Assembly (NCBI RefSeq): GCF_009834535.1
Contig: NC_045696.1
Location: 96,412,001 to 96,476,000, forward strand
Length of the DNA stretch: 64,000 nucleotides
DNA from: Camelus ferus
Taxonomy: Eukaryota
Reading direction: 5' to 3'
Made by a program: the position numbers and the translations under genes
Notes under the pieces: model-generated
Told to the model about the DNA's origin: nothing
The model's database searches: none
Seen by the model: the letters and a program-made list of their open reading frames with translations, nothing else
Shown here: piece by piece, positions 12,750-26,062 of the stretch
Layout: each line of letters opens with the position of its first letter
Numbering within the stretch: the first letter of the stretch is position 1

Positions 12750-14465
12750 TTTTTTTTAACTGTGGTAAAAAACACATAAAATGTCCATCATCACCATTTT
12801 TAACTGTACAAATTCAGTAGTGTTAAGTATATTCACATTGTTGTGAAAGAGATCACCAGTTGTTTTTCATCTTGCAAGTCAGATTAAACATCAACTGAAC
12901 ATTAGCACTAAACATCAACTCCTTTTTCCCCCTCCCTCCAGACCCTGGTTACCACCATTACCACTTTCTGTCTCAATGAATTTGATTACTTAAGATATTT
13001 CATTTAAGTGGAATCATGCATTATTTGTCTTTTTGTGACTGACATATTTCACTTAGTATAATGCCCGCAAGTTTTGTCCACGTTGTTACAGGTTTCTTTC
13101 TTTTTTTTTTTTTTAAGGCTGAATAATCTTCCATTGCATGTTTATACCACATCTTGTTTATTCATCTCTTGATGGATATTTGGTTTGCTTCCACCTCTTG
13201 GCTACTGTGAATAATGCTGCTTGTGAATATGGGTGTGCAAATATCTCTTCAAGACCCTGCTTTGGATTCTTTTGGATTTATATCTAGAAGTGGGATTACT
13301 AGATCATATGACAGCTCTATTTTTAACTTTTTGGGAAACCACCATACAGTTTTCCATGGTAGCTGCACCATTTTACATTCCCATCAACAGTGCACAAAGG
13401 TTCTAATTTCTTTACATCTTTGCCAACATTTGCTATTTTGTGTTTGTTTGCTTGTTTGTCTGCTTTATAATAGCAATCCTAATGGGCATGAGGAATGATG
13501 GTGATATCTCATTGCGATTTTGATCTGAATTTCCCTGATGACTAGTGATATTGAACCTCTTTTCATAGGCCTGTTGCCCATTTGAATATCATCTTTGGAG
13601 AAATATCTATCCAAGTCCTTCAGCTAATTTTTAATCAGGTTAATTGATTTTCTGTTGTTGTTTTTGAGTTGGAGGAGTTCTTTATATATTCTGGATACTA
13701 ATCCCTTATCAGATATATGATTTGCAAATCTCTTCTCCCATTCCATAGATTACTTCTTCACTCTGTTGATTGTGTCCTTTGATGTACAAAAGTTTTAAGT
13801 TTGAAGTATTTCTATTTGTCTATTTTTGCTTTTATTTTCTGTGCTTTTGATGTCATATCCAAGAAACCACTGCCAAATCCAATGTCATTAAGGTTTCCCC
13901 CTACATTTTCTTCTAGGAGTTTTATAGTTTTGGTTCTTACATTTAGGTCGTTACTCCATTTAGAATTGATTTTTGTATGTGTTAAGGGTCCAACTTCATT
14001 TTTTTTTTTTTTTTGCATACGGATATCTAATTTTCCTAACACCATTTGTTGAGGAGACTTATCTTTGTCCATTGAGTAGTCTTTGTATCCTTGTTGAAGA
14101 TTATTTCATCATATAGGGAAGGGTTTATTTCTGGGCTCTCTAGTCTATCCTGTTCACCTATTTTGTCTGCCTTTATGCCAGTTTCACACTGTTTTGATTA
14201 CCTTAGCTTTGTAATATGTTTTGATACCAGAAAGTGTGAATCTCCATCTTTGTTCTTCTTTTTCAAAATTGTTTTGATTATTTGGGGTCTCTTGTGACTT
14301 TACATAAATTTTAGGATGAATTTTTCAATTTCTGAAAAAAAGATACCACTGCGATTTTGATAAGAATTACATTAAATCTATAGATCATTTTGAGCAGTAT
14401 GGACATCTTAATAATATTAAGTCTTCCAGTCCATGAACATAGATGTCTTTCCATTTATTTGTGCT
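12750..14465 (-). mobile_element. L1 (L1M-type) 5'-truncated copy: ORF2 C-terminal region and 3' UTR
   Basis: T-rich tail at about 12748; minus-strand ORF 13812-14072 has HTKINSKWSNDLNVRTKTIKLLEENVG, typical of L1 ORF2; frame disrupted. Abuts a MER5-like fragment at about 12640-12748. Confidence 0.92.
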
Positions 14466-14589
14466 TGTATTTTCCCCTAGCTACAGCAGTTTCTTCACAG
14501 ATAGGTTCATTGCCCCTTAAGAGCCAATGAGACATAAGGAGAATTTTCTTCAGATTTCTGAAAGAAAAAAAAAAAAAAAAAAAAAAGCA

Positions 14590-14865
14590 AGCTCTAGTCC
14601 CATGTGCCTTGAACCTGAGGGGATGTAGAAACTGAAGCTGTTGTTACCAACAAGCCATGAAGCCTGAGGTGGGTGTCAACACCATAGAAGCCTGAGACAA
14701 GAAATGGAGTGACACTGAGCCTGGATGATTTCCTCTGAGTCCTGAACCCATCAGTACTCCTGATCTTACCAGTTATACAAGCCCAAGCAGTTCCCTTTCT
14801 GTCTAAACCGGTTTTGGGGTTGGCATTTCTGTCACTTGCAACCAAGATCCTCGCTGATTTAGAGC
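14590..14865 (+). mobile_element. MaLR (MLT1-type) LTR
   Basis: 3' end tttctgtcacttgcaaccaagatcctcgctgat typical of MLT1. Confidence 0.65.
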
Positions 14866-15534
14866 ACAAGATAGTTAGTCAAAGAGTGGGTGACCAGGAA
14901 GCCAGAACCCAGGCCAGCAGTCCTGGCCATGAGCTTCCAGCAACCAGAACTATGCTGCCCCTGAACAGTACCTGATTCCTGGTTGAGGCCAGTCTGCAAT
15001 TCAAAAAAGTGTCCCAGGTTGCCAACCTTGCAAAAACCACCACAGCCCCCAAGCCCATCACATCTGACAGATTCTTGCAGTTACTATTCTCTTCCTCCCC
15101 TTCCCTTCCTCTGGCTCCCAGCACCAACCTATTCTTCCCATCAACACTGCTCTCAGGGAAAGATTTCATTCATTCATTCACACTAAGGTTTACATGACTC
15201 ATATGTTCCTACTTGTTAGAATATCTACATTTCAAAAGGGAACAAAATATCCCAATAACAAAATTTCTAGTGATGGAATTTTTTAGCATGAGAGTAGTCA
15301 CTTCTATAAAATTTTAAATTGCCTTGGTTCACTGTACCATCTTTGAAGCCTAACTCATTACAGACAAATGAATTTGTCTATGTCTATATAGCTCTATATT
15401 GATCATTTAACACAGTGATACAGTACTTTTTTAATCATTATAGAATACAGCAATGCACAGTAGGCTCATAGTTTACACTCCTTCTATGCAGAAAAGTGCA
15501 AAGTGCCCTCAAAGACATCAAGGAAACATCACCA

Positions 15535-15720
15535 TCATCAATACTCATTGAACACTTATTACATATTCTGTATGCTAGGCATTGTTCTAAGAACTTTACA
15601 CACATTATCTGATCTAATCCTCACTGGCACTCTATGAGGTAACCACGTGATGAATCACATACTGCAGCTGAGGAAATTAAGGTGCAGGGATGCTAAGCAA
15701 CTTGTTCAAAGTGGCAGTTA
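15535..15720 (-). mobile_element. MIR SINE
   Basis: cattgaacacttatt...ggcattgttctaag...taatcctcac...ctatgaggta...cagctgaggaaattaagg. Confidence 0.75.
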
Positions 15721-15979
15721 CTATTTGAAGAAAACTATGGAGCAAAAAACTATTAAGAGACACCAGGTGGAGCTGGCCTCCAGGGCTCCTCCAAGGACGC
15801 CCAGGATTCACAACCTGGAATCTAGTGAAATTGTGAATGGAAAAAAAAAGATTATTTTAGAATCAGATAAATCAGGAGTGTCCAATGTGCCATTAAAATG
15901 CAAGAAAAATGAGATCCAGCCCAAATATCAGCAATAAAACTAGACCACAAAGCTGGTACTTCCCAGTCTGGCTCTCTGC

Positions 15980-16790
15980 ATTCGTTCATTCACTCACTCA
16001 TTCATTCAGCAAAAACATTCCATAGAAAATACTCATTTACTGCGCATGGAAAATGTTGGGGATGCCAAAATAAAAAATATAAACATATGAGCAAAATAAA
16101 TAAATAAGCTCTTTGCTCTCAAAGAAACAATAGTGTTGGGGGAAATGTGTGACATCAAAAGTGTAACATCAGCTACTTAGAGAGGGAGGAGCCAGCTCTG
16201 CCTGGAGGTACCAGGAAAACATCACAGGAGAGAAAGAGCAGGAGCTTTCAAAGGAAGTCAAGGCAGGGAAGGGCAATCCGGGAGAGGAAACTGCAGAGGC
16301 CAGGAGACAGGGCGTGAGACAGCAGGTGAAGTGTCTGCAGAACTGCAGGGGCCTCATTGCTGATGGTGAGGCTGAGAAGATGGGCAGATTGGGTGGTGAG
16401 AATTCTTATGGCAGGCTGAGGATGGACTCTTTCAGGGGATAGTGAGTGTTCTTGGTCACATTTGCAATTGGAAACAGATCAAAAATTTATGTCTGTGGAG
16501 AAGGGGTTAGAGCTGGCTAGGCATGCTGGGTGGGGGATTTCAAACATGGAAGTGACCTGGTTAGATCTGCTCTTGGGTGCGGGCGGGATGGGATGCTTCT
16601 GAGGAGTAGGGAGAATGGATGCGGTTACAGGGGGTCGGGTTCAGAGGTCATTGCATTAGACAGATGAGAGCTCTAGGAAGTAAACTCACAGGGCTTGGTT
16701 ACTTGGCACATCAAGTATGGGGTGTGGGTTGTGAAAGAGAAAAAGGCACATCTGCCTTCCTGGTTTCTGAGCTGGGAGACGGAGTAGATG
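15980..16790 (-). mobile_element. L2 LINE fragment
   Basis: cattcgttcattcactcactcattcattcagcaa tail followed by purine-rich L2 body ending in ggtttctgagctgggagacgg. Confidence 0.65.
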
Positions 16791-18929
16791 GTAAGGCTGC
16801 CCACTTCTTTTCTGCACTAATCATTGCAGGCTGTAACCAATTCACTGATGCAGACCTGGAAAAACTAGCAAGTAACAGTTTCCTTCTCCTCTTCCTGCTT
16901 CAGCCCCAGTGCCACTCCCCCAGGCAGAGCCACGATTGTCAGTACTAACTTGGTGCTTTCCTTCAGATGTTTCTCTATACCCATGCTGAACTCAGTTAAT
17001 TTTTTAAACACAAAGAATGATTCTGCTAAAAGATATCTTGCCAAATTATTGAAATTTCTAGAGAGAATGTTTGCAATCAACTATACCCATCACAGTGTTG
17101 GGCAAAGGTTCAGGAAGGGGCACCACTTCAGTGATGATATTTCTTTTAGGAACCACATCACTTGGGAGTTCATTTGAGGCTATGTCACAGATTCACTCCT
17201 TGTTACACCACAGTCAGAGGACAAAAAAATTGCTGCACAACACCCGGGTATAATGAATCAGTAATGAAATTGATAAACCTTTTTTTATTAACAATTCTCC
17301 TACAATATAGGTACGTTCATCTCCACAGTTAAATATAAAAATATATTCTCTTTGTATTTAATGCCCTGGAAATGTCAGCAGGATTGTTTGTATGTACATC
17401 AGCCTTCAATTGGAAAATCAGCTTTGGAAATTTTTCTTTCCCCTGTGACCTACATAATATTACTTCTACAAATTAAAAATAAGGCAAATGTCATAGGGAT
17501 GTGAAGAGATGATTTTGAGGCATATGCAACTGCAGCGGCATGGGATCTCTCTCACAGACACACAATACATAAAAGTTGCTCAAATTTTCAGAGGAAAAAC
17601 AAAGCCTACCTTTTTTTAATGGAGCTAAAATAAATCATATTGCACACACTAAATTGCACATGTTCCTATAGGGAATTCACAGGCTGGGAGGTGTTATCAA
17701 GAGCTAAAATGGAATAAAGTAGCCCCATTTAAGGGCTCTAAATCTTTCTAAAGGTACAGAGATAACCTGTAACAAAAGATATATTAGAATAGTAACTAAG
17801 CACACTTTGGTGTTGGGCAAGAAAAAAGTCGAGTCTAAATTTGTCAGAAACTTAAGGCTCGTGTTTAATATTTCTAACTTGATGTAAAAATAGAAACTAA
17901 TATGTAGCAAGTGTTCATTCTTGGTTCATTGGTTTTCTTAAAATGTGCTTCATATTTTAACTATTTCCAGTGTTGAACTCCTCAGTTCATGAATTAATTA
18001 TAATATGAACAATAATTGTAATAAATAGAAGATATTCATTGAGCATTTTTTATGTGCCAGGCACTATTTGAAGGTGTTTATATCATTATTCCATTCGTCC
18101 TTGCAATCCATCATTATCCCTCATTTTAGAAATACGACCATTCCTAACTTCTAGTACTGGGTACTATAGACGCAAGGGCTGATTAATCAGGGTACTGTTT
18201 TGGGATGACAAAACATTCAATGGTATCAAACATCTGGGCAAGGGAGCCTTGCCCAAATCAGATATTTGAAGCTGCTTCACGGCTGAGAGTTAACTGCCCA
18301 GAGTGGTCAGAGAACCAAATAGAACTTGAGATCTTGGTTTCCCCCCTTGTACACAGAGTCCGAACTTGGAAACAATAACCTTTTGCATCTGAGACTAGAG
18401 GTTGCCAGGACAGGGTGTCCAGCATGGCAGAGAAGAACTGCTTCCAGATCTCAAATTAAGGAGAGAGTGTGTACACTCCTGCGAAGTTGCAGTGAGTAGC
18501 TGTGGATACGTGCATGGTCAAGGGTACACACATCATCAATGAGATCCCACTCCAGAGTTAAAAGTTGAATTTGTTGCCATCAAAACAATCAGACAGACCA
18601 AACGACCAAAACAATCATATATATATATGTTCCCATTAGAATGCTCACAAAGACATTTCATTAAATGGAAAACCCAGATGTAGAAGAGTCTGCATGGTAT
18701 ATTATCATTTGTTTAGAAAGCAGGTGGTGGAAAGATGATGTATTTACATCTATGCTAAAGTGGTCAGTGAATATAACAGGAAAGTTTCACAAGAAATTAC
18801 CTCAGAGGAGAGAGCCTGGGAGACTGAACCTCAGGGATAGGAGAAGACTTGGTTTGCCCTGTTCACCTTTTTATTATTTCTCATCTTGTAAACCATGTAT
18901 ATGCATTACTATTTCACTTAGATAGACAA

Positions 18930-19008
18930 CAGATGGGTGGATGGTTGGACAGATGGATGGATGGATGGATGGATGGATAGATGGATGGATGGATGGATAG
19001 ATGGATGG
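18930..19008. repeat. (GGAT)n imperfect microsatellite
   Basis: Visible gatggatggatggatagatgg tract. Confidence 0.95.
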
Positions 19009-19049
19009 TTATTGATAGAAAAATTTCTTACATTTGCCCTTTTATATCA

Positions 19050-19400
19050 ATTTCCCCTTCATATTCATCTTCCACTCTTCTCCACCCTGCCCGATGCCCT
19101 GAGAGGCTGAACTTTGGTTTCCACTTGGGTTTGGCCAATAGGAGCACCAGTAGCAGATGAGAGGAGAGGAAAGGAGAGTGAGGTCATCTTGCTCCCTATA
19201 GGGTCATGGTGGACTCCAGAAGGAACAGATTCTGAGAACTCTGCCCTCCCCTGTCCCCCTACTTCTCATGGAGGACTGCGTCATCCCTTGTGATTTCCCT
19301 AAACTCTGCCCACACCTCTGTAAAATATCCCTTTATTAAACTCTCCTGCTTAGATGACCATATTTGAGTGACCCAAAGGTTCCTGCTGGAACCCTAAAAG
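19050..19400 (+). mobile_element. ERVL LTR (LTR33-like)
   Basis: ttccacttgggtttggccaataggagcacc...ctctgcccacacctctgtaaaatatccctttattaaactctcc...ttcctgctggaaccct. Confidence 0.65.
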
Positions 19401-20119
19401 ATAGATAAAAGGAAGGAAGGGAGGGAAGAAGGGAGAGGGGAAGGGAGGGAGGAAAGAAGGAACTAGAAAGAAAATACATCTGAAAGGGGATGGTCTAGAG
19501 GTGTCACTTAACCAGAGAACAACACTCCAGAGTCTGGACCTCAGCAATGCAGATGCATTCACTTGATTTTGCTAGGACTCTGCGAATGGTTCTCTTCCTG
19601 GGGGTAGACTCCCACTAACTAAAGTCACAAAAGACTGAAGAATAAATCAGAACACCAGTTTCCTTATTTAAGGCAAAAACTAGAACTTCCAAAGGGACCA
19701 GTTGTTCATCTGCGCTGGACAGCACCTTCCTCCCAGCAGAGAAATCCATGGGTAAAGCCAGATTACCCCTCATCCCTACTCCCACCCTCCAGAAGCAGAC
19801 AGCTGGGGTCAGAGCAGTGGAGTTCAGTGAGACCCATGTTTAAAGGATCAAGCTGTCATCATCTTTTTGTATCCATCTCTGTTTCAGAAATGTCTTTGTA
19901 TCAGGGAACCAACATATAAGGTTTAAAGGCCAAAATCTCCCTCTCCCAGCAGTTGAAAGCACATTGCTAACTTTTTTCTCTCTCTGACATTCCCTTTTGT
20001 ATTTTCTTTTCTGATCCTTCTGATTGACTCATTTTCTCTTTACTCATGCTAATACCATTTATTCTGAAAAGATTTTAGACAGGCTATTATAGTTAGTTTT
20101 TGCTTTTTCTTCCTACTTC

Positions 20120-20245
20120 TTTTTTGAGGGACAGGGAGGTAATTAGGTTTATTTATTTATTTTTGGTGGAGGTGCTGAGGATTGAACCCAGGACCTCTTG
20201 CATGCTAAGCATGGGCTCTACCACTGAGCTATACCCTCCCCACCC
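20120..20245 (-). mobile_element. Vic-1-type SINE
   Basis: ggaggtaattaggtttatttatt...ggattgaacccaggacc...catgctaagcatg...ctaccactgagctataccctccc. Confidence 0.88.
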
Positions 20246-20299
20246 CTCACTGACTTCTGATTTGGAGAAACATTTTGCCTATAGGGTTTCACGTTGCAT

Positions 20300-21245
20300 A
20301 CACATGCACCCATTTACTCAGGTAATGGTATTTCTCACAGGTCCACCTTGTGTCAGGAGATACATGTTCCATTCCCTGGAGATACAGTGGAAAACAAGAA
20401 AATTTCCCTGTCCTTGTAGAATTCTCATTCTAGTGGTAGAAACAGACAATAGTCAGGTTGACCAACAAATAAATCATATAATACAATTCTAGATGGCGAT
20501 ATGAAGAAAGTAAAACAAGGCAATGGGGTAGAGTGGCTGCTTAAGGGGTGCTGCTTAGGTAGGGAGAGCCAGGATTACCCTGAGAGGGTAATGTTTGAAC
20601 TGATACCTGCAAGAAAGATGGGACCAGCTACTGGAAGGAGTCTGTGTGCTAGGCATGATTATTCCCCAATAACCATTCCTAGCACAGGGAAGGGCAAGGG
20701 CAAAGTCCCTGGGTCCACACAAGCACTGAGTGTCCCAGGAACAGAAAGAGGCAGGTGCTGAAGCCAAGGAGAGAGTGGTAAGAAGACATGTCATGGGGTA
20801 GATGGGTCAGACCCCAGAAGAGCTGGTAGGTCAGAGTCGAGTCCAGATTATACTATAAGCGCAATGAGAAATCACCAGGAAGCACCCATCAGGAGTGTGA
20901 TAGCATCTGATTTACAGTTACACTTATAATCACTGTGTCGGCTGAACTGAGACTCAGTTGTACAAGGGAAAGAACTTAAGAGGTAATTGCAAGAACCCAG
21001 GCCAGAACCGATGGTGATTAAGACTAGGGTGACAGCAGACCAGACAGCAACGCGTGGTCAGGATCAGGATGTAACTTGGAGGTGGACCTGGAAGAACGTA
21101 TTGATAGATTGAAAGTTGCAGAGTAGAAGGTGGTGGCAAAAACCAAGAACAACTCTGGGTTTTGGCCTGAGCTGAGGGGGACAGGGATGCCATTAACAAG
21201 ATGGGAAAGGATCAGGATTAGGGAGATGGGGATGAGGAGTTTTGT
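20300..21245 (-). mobile_element. L2 LINE fragment
   Basis: Motifs attctagtggtagaaacagacaat, agcatctgatttaca, ggtttttggcctgagc, tgccattaacaagatggg. Confidence 0.75.
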
Positions 21246-21743
21246 TTTGGTTTTGTTCATGATTCATCCAGTCACCATCATATGATGGTTTACCTCTCAG
21301 AGTTCTGGGGGAGACTTGGCTTACATTCTTATTCTTGGAATTCCTTGTTTCCTCCTTTCCCCCCACCATAATATAAGGAACCAGAAAACACAAATAATTG
21401 GACTTTTTTTCCTTCCTTCTGTTTCTATGAAAAAGAAACACACGGCAAATAAACCCAAGTGGAATTATTCAATACAGAACTTTCAGGATGCCATAGGGTC
21501 AATATGGTTTCAGCCTAATCGTCTGTAGCATCTATACCCTCTGCTCTGCCTGATGGGAGCTGATGGTCTAAGTGGCCGTGGTGATGACCCTGGGACACTG
21601 CAGAGTATTAACATGTCTTCTGAATCATCACAGAAAGATGAATTTATGTGCAACATCAGCTTACTGTTAGGTAGACGCTGCCTTATCCATACTATGCTCT
21701 CAGCAGAATCCCAAAATGAACTAAAATGCATGGAGATTATTTA

Positions 21744-21980
21744 ACCCAATAATTTTTCAAACAAGTGGAAGGTGACTCCCTCAGGAATTTCAGATGCATG
21801 AGAGCTTTTAAAATGCCTCGTCACCCCCAAAGGTACTACAAGGATCCCTTGAGGATTATTTTCTCCCTTGGCTGCTTTCCAACCCACTGAAAACCACCAT
21901 CTGTGATAAAAGCTCTCCCCAGTGACAGCGGACCTGATCTGCATCTGTATAGGTAGAAAAAAGGTTGAGAACTATGAATC
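21744..21980. mobile_element. hAT-Charlie-type MITE
   Basis: TIR-like ends caataatttttcaaac ... aaggttgagaactatg. Confidence 0.45.
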
Positions 21981-22175
21981 ATATTAAATTTACTAGCGTG
22001 AAGTAGGAAAAAAAAAAGTCAAAGAGGAAAATTTCTTGTCCATGGTCACTGGATATGTTTGTGTCAAAACCACTAGTCAAACCCAGGTCTCCTGACTCTG
22101 CCACTTCCTCTAAAACACATTGAATGTTTATAGAACAAATTTTGAAAGAAATCGCTCTTGAATTATAATTCTTTT

Positions 22176-22333
22176 TTTTTTTAATTTTTTTAAATGTTTT
22201 TTTTTTTCTTTTTGGTGGGGGGAGGCAATTAGGTTTACTTACTTATTTATTCTTAGAGGAAGTACTGGGGATTGAACCCAGGACCTCATACATGCTAAGC
22301 ATGCATTCTACTACTTGAGTTATACCCTCCTCC
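22176..22333 (-). mobile_element. Vic-1-type SINE
   Basis: Full head and tail; 19-bp TSD cttgaatta(t/c)aattctttt at 22157-22175 and 22334-22352, one mismatch. Confidence 0.92.
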
Positions 22334-22499
22334 CTTGAATTACAATTCTTTTAGAAGCAACGATTCCTGTTAAACAAAACATTGAATGGACTAGTATTTC
22401 CTGTTTTTGTAGTCTAAAAAAGAGGTTAATTCATGTTTAATTTCTTGCATAAGAAAATATATGCAGAGCTATATGCTGAGTGGTGGAATTTCAAAATAT

Positions 22500-23610
22500 T
22501 CTAAGGTATAATTTCAATATAGTAGAATTCTCCCTTTTAGGTGTATGGTTCTAGAAATCTTGAGAAAAATTTTCAGGAATGCAACCCCACCACAATCACC
22601 ACCCAAAGTTCCCTCCTGCCCCTCAATAGTTGATACCCCCACCTCCAGCTCCTGACAATCACCAATGTAGTTTTAGTCCCAATAGTTTTGCCTTTTCTGG
22701 ATGTCATATAAGTGAAATCTTACAATGGAATCTGACTTGTTTCACTTGGCAAAAAAAAAAAAAAAAATCATTTGAGATTCATCCATTTTGGTGTATGTGT
22801 CAGTGGTTTGTTCTACTTTGCGCCTGAGTGATGTTTTATTGTGCAGATGAACCACATCATTGTGCAGATGTACCACAGTTTCCTTATCCATTCACAAACT
22901 GGTGGACATTTGAGTTGTTTCTATTTGGGGGCAATTATAAATTAAACCACTATGAACATCTGAGTGCAGGATTTTATGCAGCCGTAGGCTTTCATTTCTC
23001 TTTGGTAAATATTTGGAGTAGATGACTGGGTCATATTGAAAGTGTATGTTTAACTTTTCAAGGAACTGCTGAACTTTTTCCCAAAGTGCCTGCGCCATTT
23101 TGCCTCCTCACAAACATGCATTGGAGTTCCACTTGCTCTGCATCCTTGTCGGGACTTGGTATTGTCAGGTTTTTTTTTTAAATTGTACTTATTTTAATGA
23201 GTGGATTGTGGTATCCCATTGTGGTTTCATTTTGACTAAAGATACTGAGCTTCTGTTCACAGGCTTATTTGCCACTCACATCTCTTCTTTGATGAAGTAT
23301 CTTAAAATATTTTGCCCCCTTTTTTTAATAGGATGTTTGTTTTCTTATTACTGAGTTCTTTGAATATTCTGTATACAAGTCCTTTATCAGATACGTATTT
23401 TTCATACATTTTCTCCCAGTCTGTGGCTTATCTTTTCATTTTTTACAATGTCTTTCAAAGAATAGAAATTTTTAATTTATTCATTCTTTTGTCTAAGAAA
23501 TCATTACCTGATCTGACGTTACGAAGATTTTCTCCTAGTTTTACATTTTAGACTCTACATTTAGATCTATAACTCATTTCTAATTAATTTTTAATAGGGT
23601 ATGGGTCTTC
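22500..23610 (-). mobile_element. Old L1 (L1M-type) 3' fragment
   Basis: Minus ORF 22892-23098 (LEKLNIHFQYDP...LGKYLP-like) resembles the ORF2 C-terminus; L1 3' UTR motifs present. Confidence 0.85.
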
Positions 23611-26021
23611 TTTTAAAATACCTTTGTTAGAGTAATCTTTTTCATAATGACAAAACATTTCTTGTGTCATTCATATGAAAACGTCATTGGCTAGCCTACC
23701 TTTCATTCCAATAGAAATGAAGGCATAAAGGGAAGCTTGGTTTGCCTTCACAAGGATCCCAGGTTCATCGAATTTACATCTAGTCCCCGTAGTGCCCATG
23801 GCTCAGTGCCCAGGCATTTTTACATCATTTGAAGACACAGTGTCATGTCTGATCTGGCTTGCTGGTGATGTTCAGCACAAGACAAGTCAAAGTGCTTTGT
23901 CTCCTAAGTATGGTAATTCCACAGGCTGTTCCCAGTCCAGCTTGGCTTTCCCAGCACTCACCACCCCTTAATCCATCTGTGGCTGCTCATCTTGGAAAAA
24001 ATCTTAAAGATAAGGCATTCATAGCCCTCTTGGTTGCTTTGTCTACAATCTGCCTTGATTCATTTTTCAAATAAGGACGATGCACAGAGAAGTCAGAAAA
24101 TTAATAAAGATCTTATATTCATTTCAATCTGAATTTCCTGGAAAGAGACTCTTAACCTGGAAATTTTGCCTTGCTTTACAAAAGCTTAATGAAACTCCTG
24201 GCCACCAGGCTTAAAGTGTTTAGTCTTAACACTTTAATGCCCTAATGACTAGTCTATGCTTTACCATCCAAGGGGACAGGACTGTTTTGCTAAGGTGAAA
24301 AATATCCACTTTTTTCAAGATCTCACGGGTGAACAAAATATTTATTTTTCTAATTAAACTGAGAAAAAGAGGGGTGGGAGGCGGGGAGAGAATGGTTATG
24401 GTAGAAGGAAAGACATGGGAAAGATTCATTCATGTGTGCTCTACCCTGGGGCTGGACAGAAAGAATCAGACCTGAGTAGGGCATGCCTTGCTGCTTGCAG
24501 ATTTGCTAAAGGACACCGTAGCTGGGAAGGTGAAGAAGAGGAAGGGACCTGGTATTCAGGAGAGGGTGAATAGGGAGACGGACTTGAGCTAGGGCCGGGG
24601 TGGATGTCAAGTTCCAGATCACTGTACCTAACTGTACTGTTATCCCATCCATCTCAGCCAGCTAGGGAGACCCACCACTGGATGCAGCCAGCACCTCACC
24701 AGCAGCAGACCCACAGGAGGGTTGCCTGTCTGTGCCCCAGGACTCAGTTCAGCCCTCTGTACCCTCTTCTGTTCCTTTCCATAAAGCCAATCCCAGGAAG
24801 ATCAGCAGTCCAGGACCTCTGTGGTCCCTCCAGTACTGGAGGGTGGGGCCCTTGACACCTGTAGGCGTAGCAAGCATGAAAGGGAAGTGCTCGTGCCTGG
24901 ACCAGACAAGACCAGCCTGAGCCAAAGCTCCCACGAGCTAGAGCCGTGTGGGACACAGAGGTCCTGTGACTGAGACGGGTGGCACTGACACACGTGGGCA
25001 CGTGGGCCACACGTGGGGTTCATGGCTGACACCACACATCCTTCCCTCACGTGACCGTCCCAGTCAGTTTCACCTGGCACAACACACCAAGAACCAGAAG
25101 GTGGGAAGGGCTTAAATCAGTGCTTCCCAGGAGCTTTCTTCGGAAGGCAAACAGGCAAAAGATTAAGAAAACTTTGAAAGCAGAGACCTACATTTGACTT
25201 CCAGGAAGGAGACGGGTGACAGCTGGTAGAAAAACTGAGCAATCAGCTAGAGCAGTGGAGGGCAACACAAGGCTTTCTTTGTGGGGCAAGACTCTGCTTC
25301 CTCCTCTCTCTCTGCAGACTGGCTTGCATGGCTTTGACCTTGTGCCTCTCAACACCACTTGGAAATTTCCAGGAAGCTGATTCTGACTGGTCCAGATGTC
25401 TATTCCTAATCAATGTAGGTGAGAAAGGGTGGGTCACATAGTACAAACGTGGCAGCCACAGAGTTGATATCTGTGGGTGTTGAGGAATTTCTCAAAGGAA
25501 GGGCTGAGGACTGGGCAGACGCCCCGAAGGTGTACGTGTTACACCATAGTAGCACCTGCAATAGTCATTTCACACTGTTAACTCCTGTTGAGCTCATTGT
25601 CTGGCTAATTGTCTTTTCACGTGAAGCCTTGCCAACCCCAATTTCCCTAGGCAACTACATTTTCAAACCTGAAGACATCTTGGGGCTTTCGTCCCATCCT
25701 TAGAAACTATCAACATAATCTCGAATCTCCATTTTTGTTATTGTTAGCTATCTCTCCCCAGTCAGTACTCAAATAAAGGTTTGCTATGAAGCTAAATTTT
25801 TTTTTGCCACAAATGTTTGAGTTCATTCCTTAAATATTCTCACCCAAAGTTCCAAAGTAAATGAAGCTAAATGGCAATGACTATAATGTTGAAAAATAAG
25901 GAACAAAATCATCAGATTATAGCTAAGAAAATTTTCTTACTATACATAAGACTGCTTGTTGCTTTCTCTTTTAAGCTTCTGGCTACCATCAGGGCAGTGG
26001 GGTAAGATTCTTGAAGTCCTA

Positions 26022-26062
26022 TTTTCATTTATTTATTTTTATTTTATTTTATTTTATTTTAT
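26022..26062. repeat. (TTTTA)n simple repeat
   Basis: Visible attttattttatttt tract. Confidence 0.9.

Noticed and set aside
13812..14072. L1 ORF2-like ORFs as active retrotransposon genes (also 29658-29909, 49442-49627)
   Set aside because: All are 5'-truncated, frameshifted fragments.
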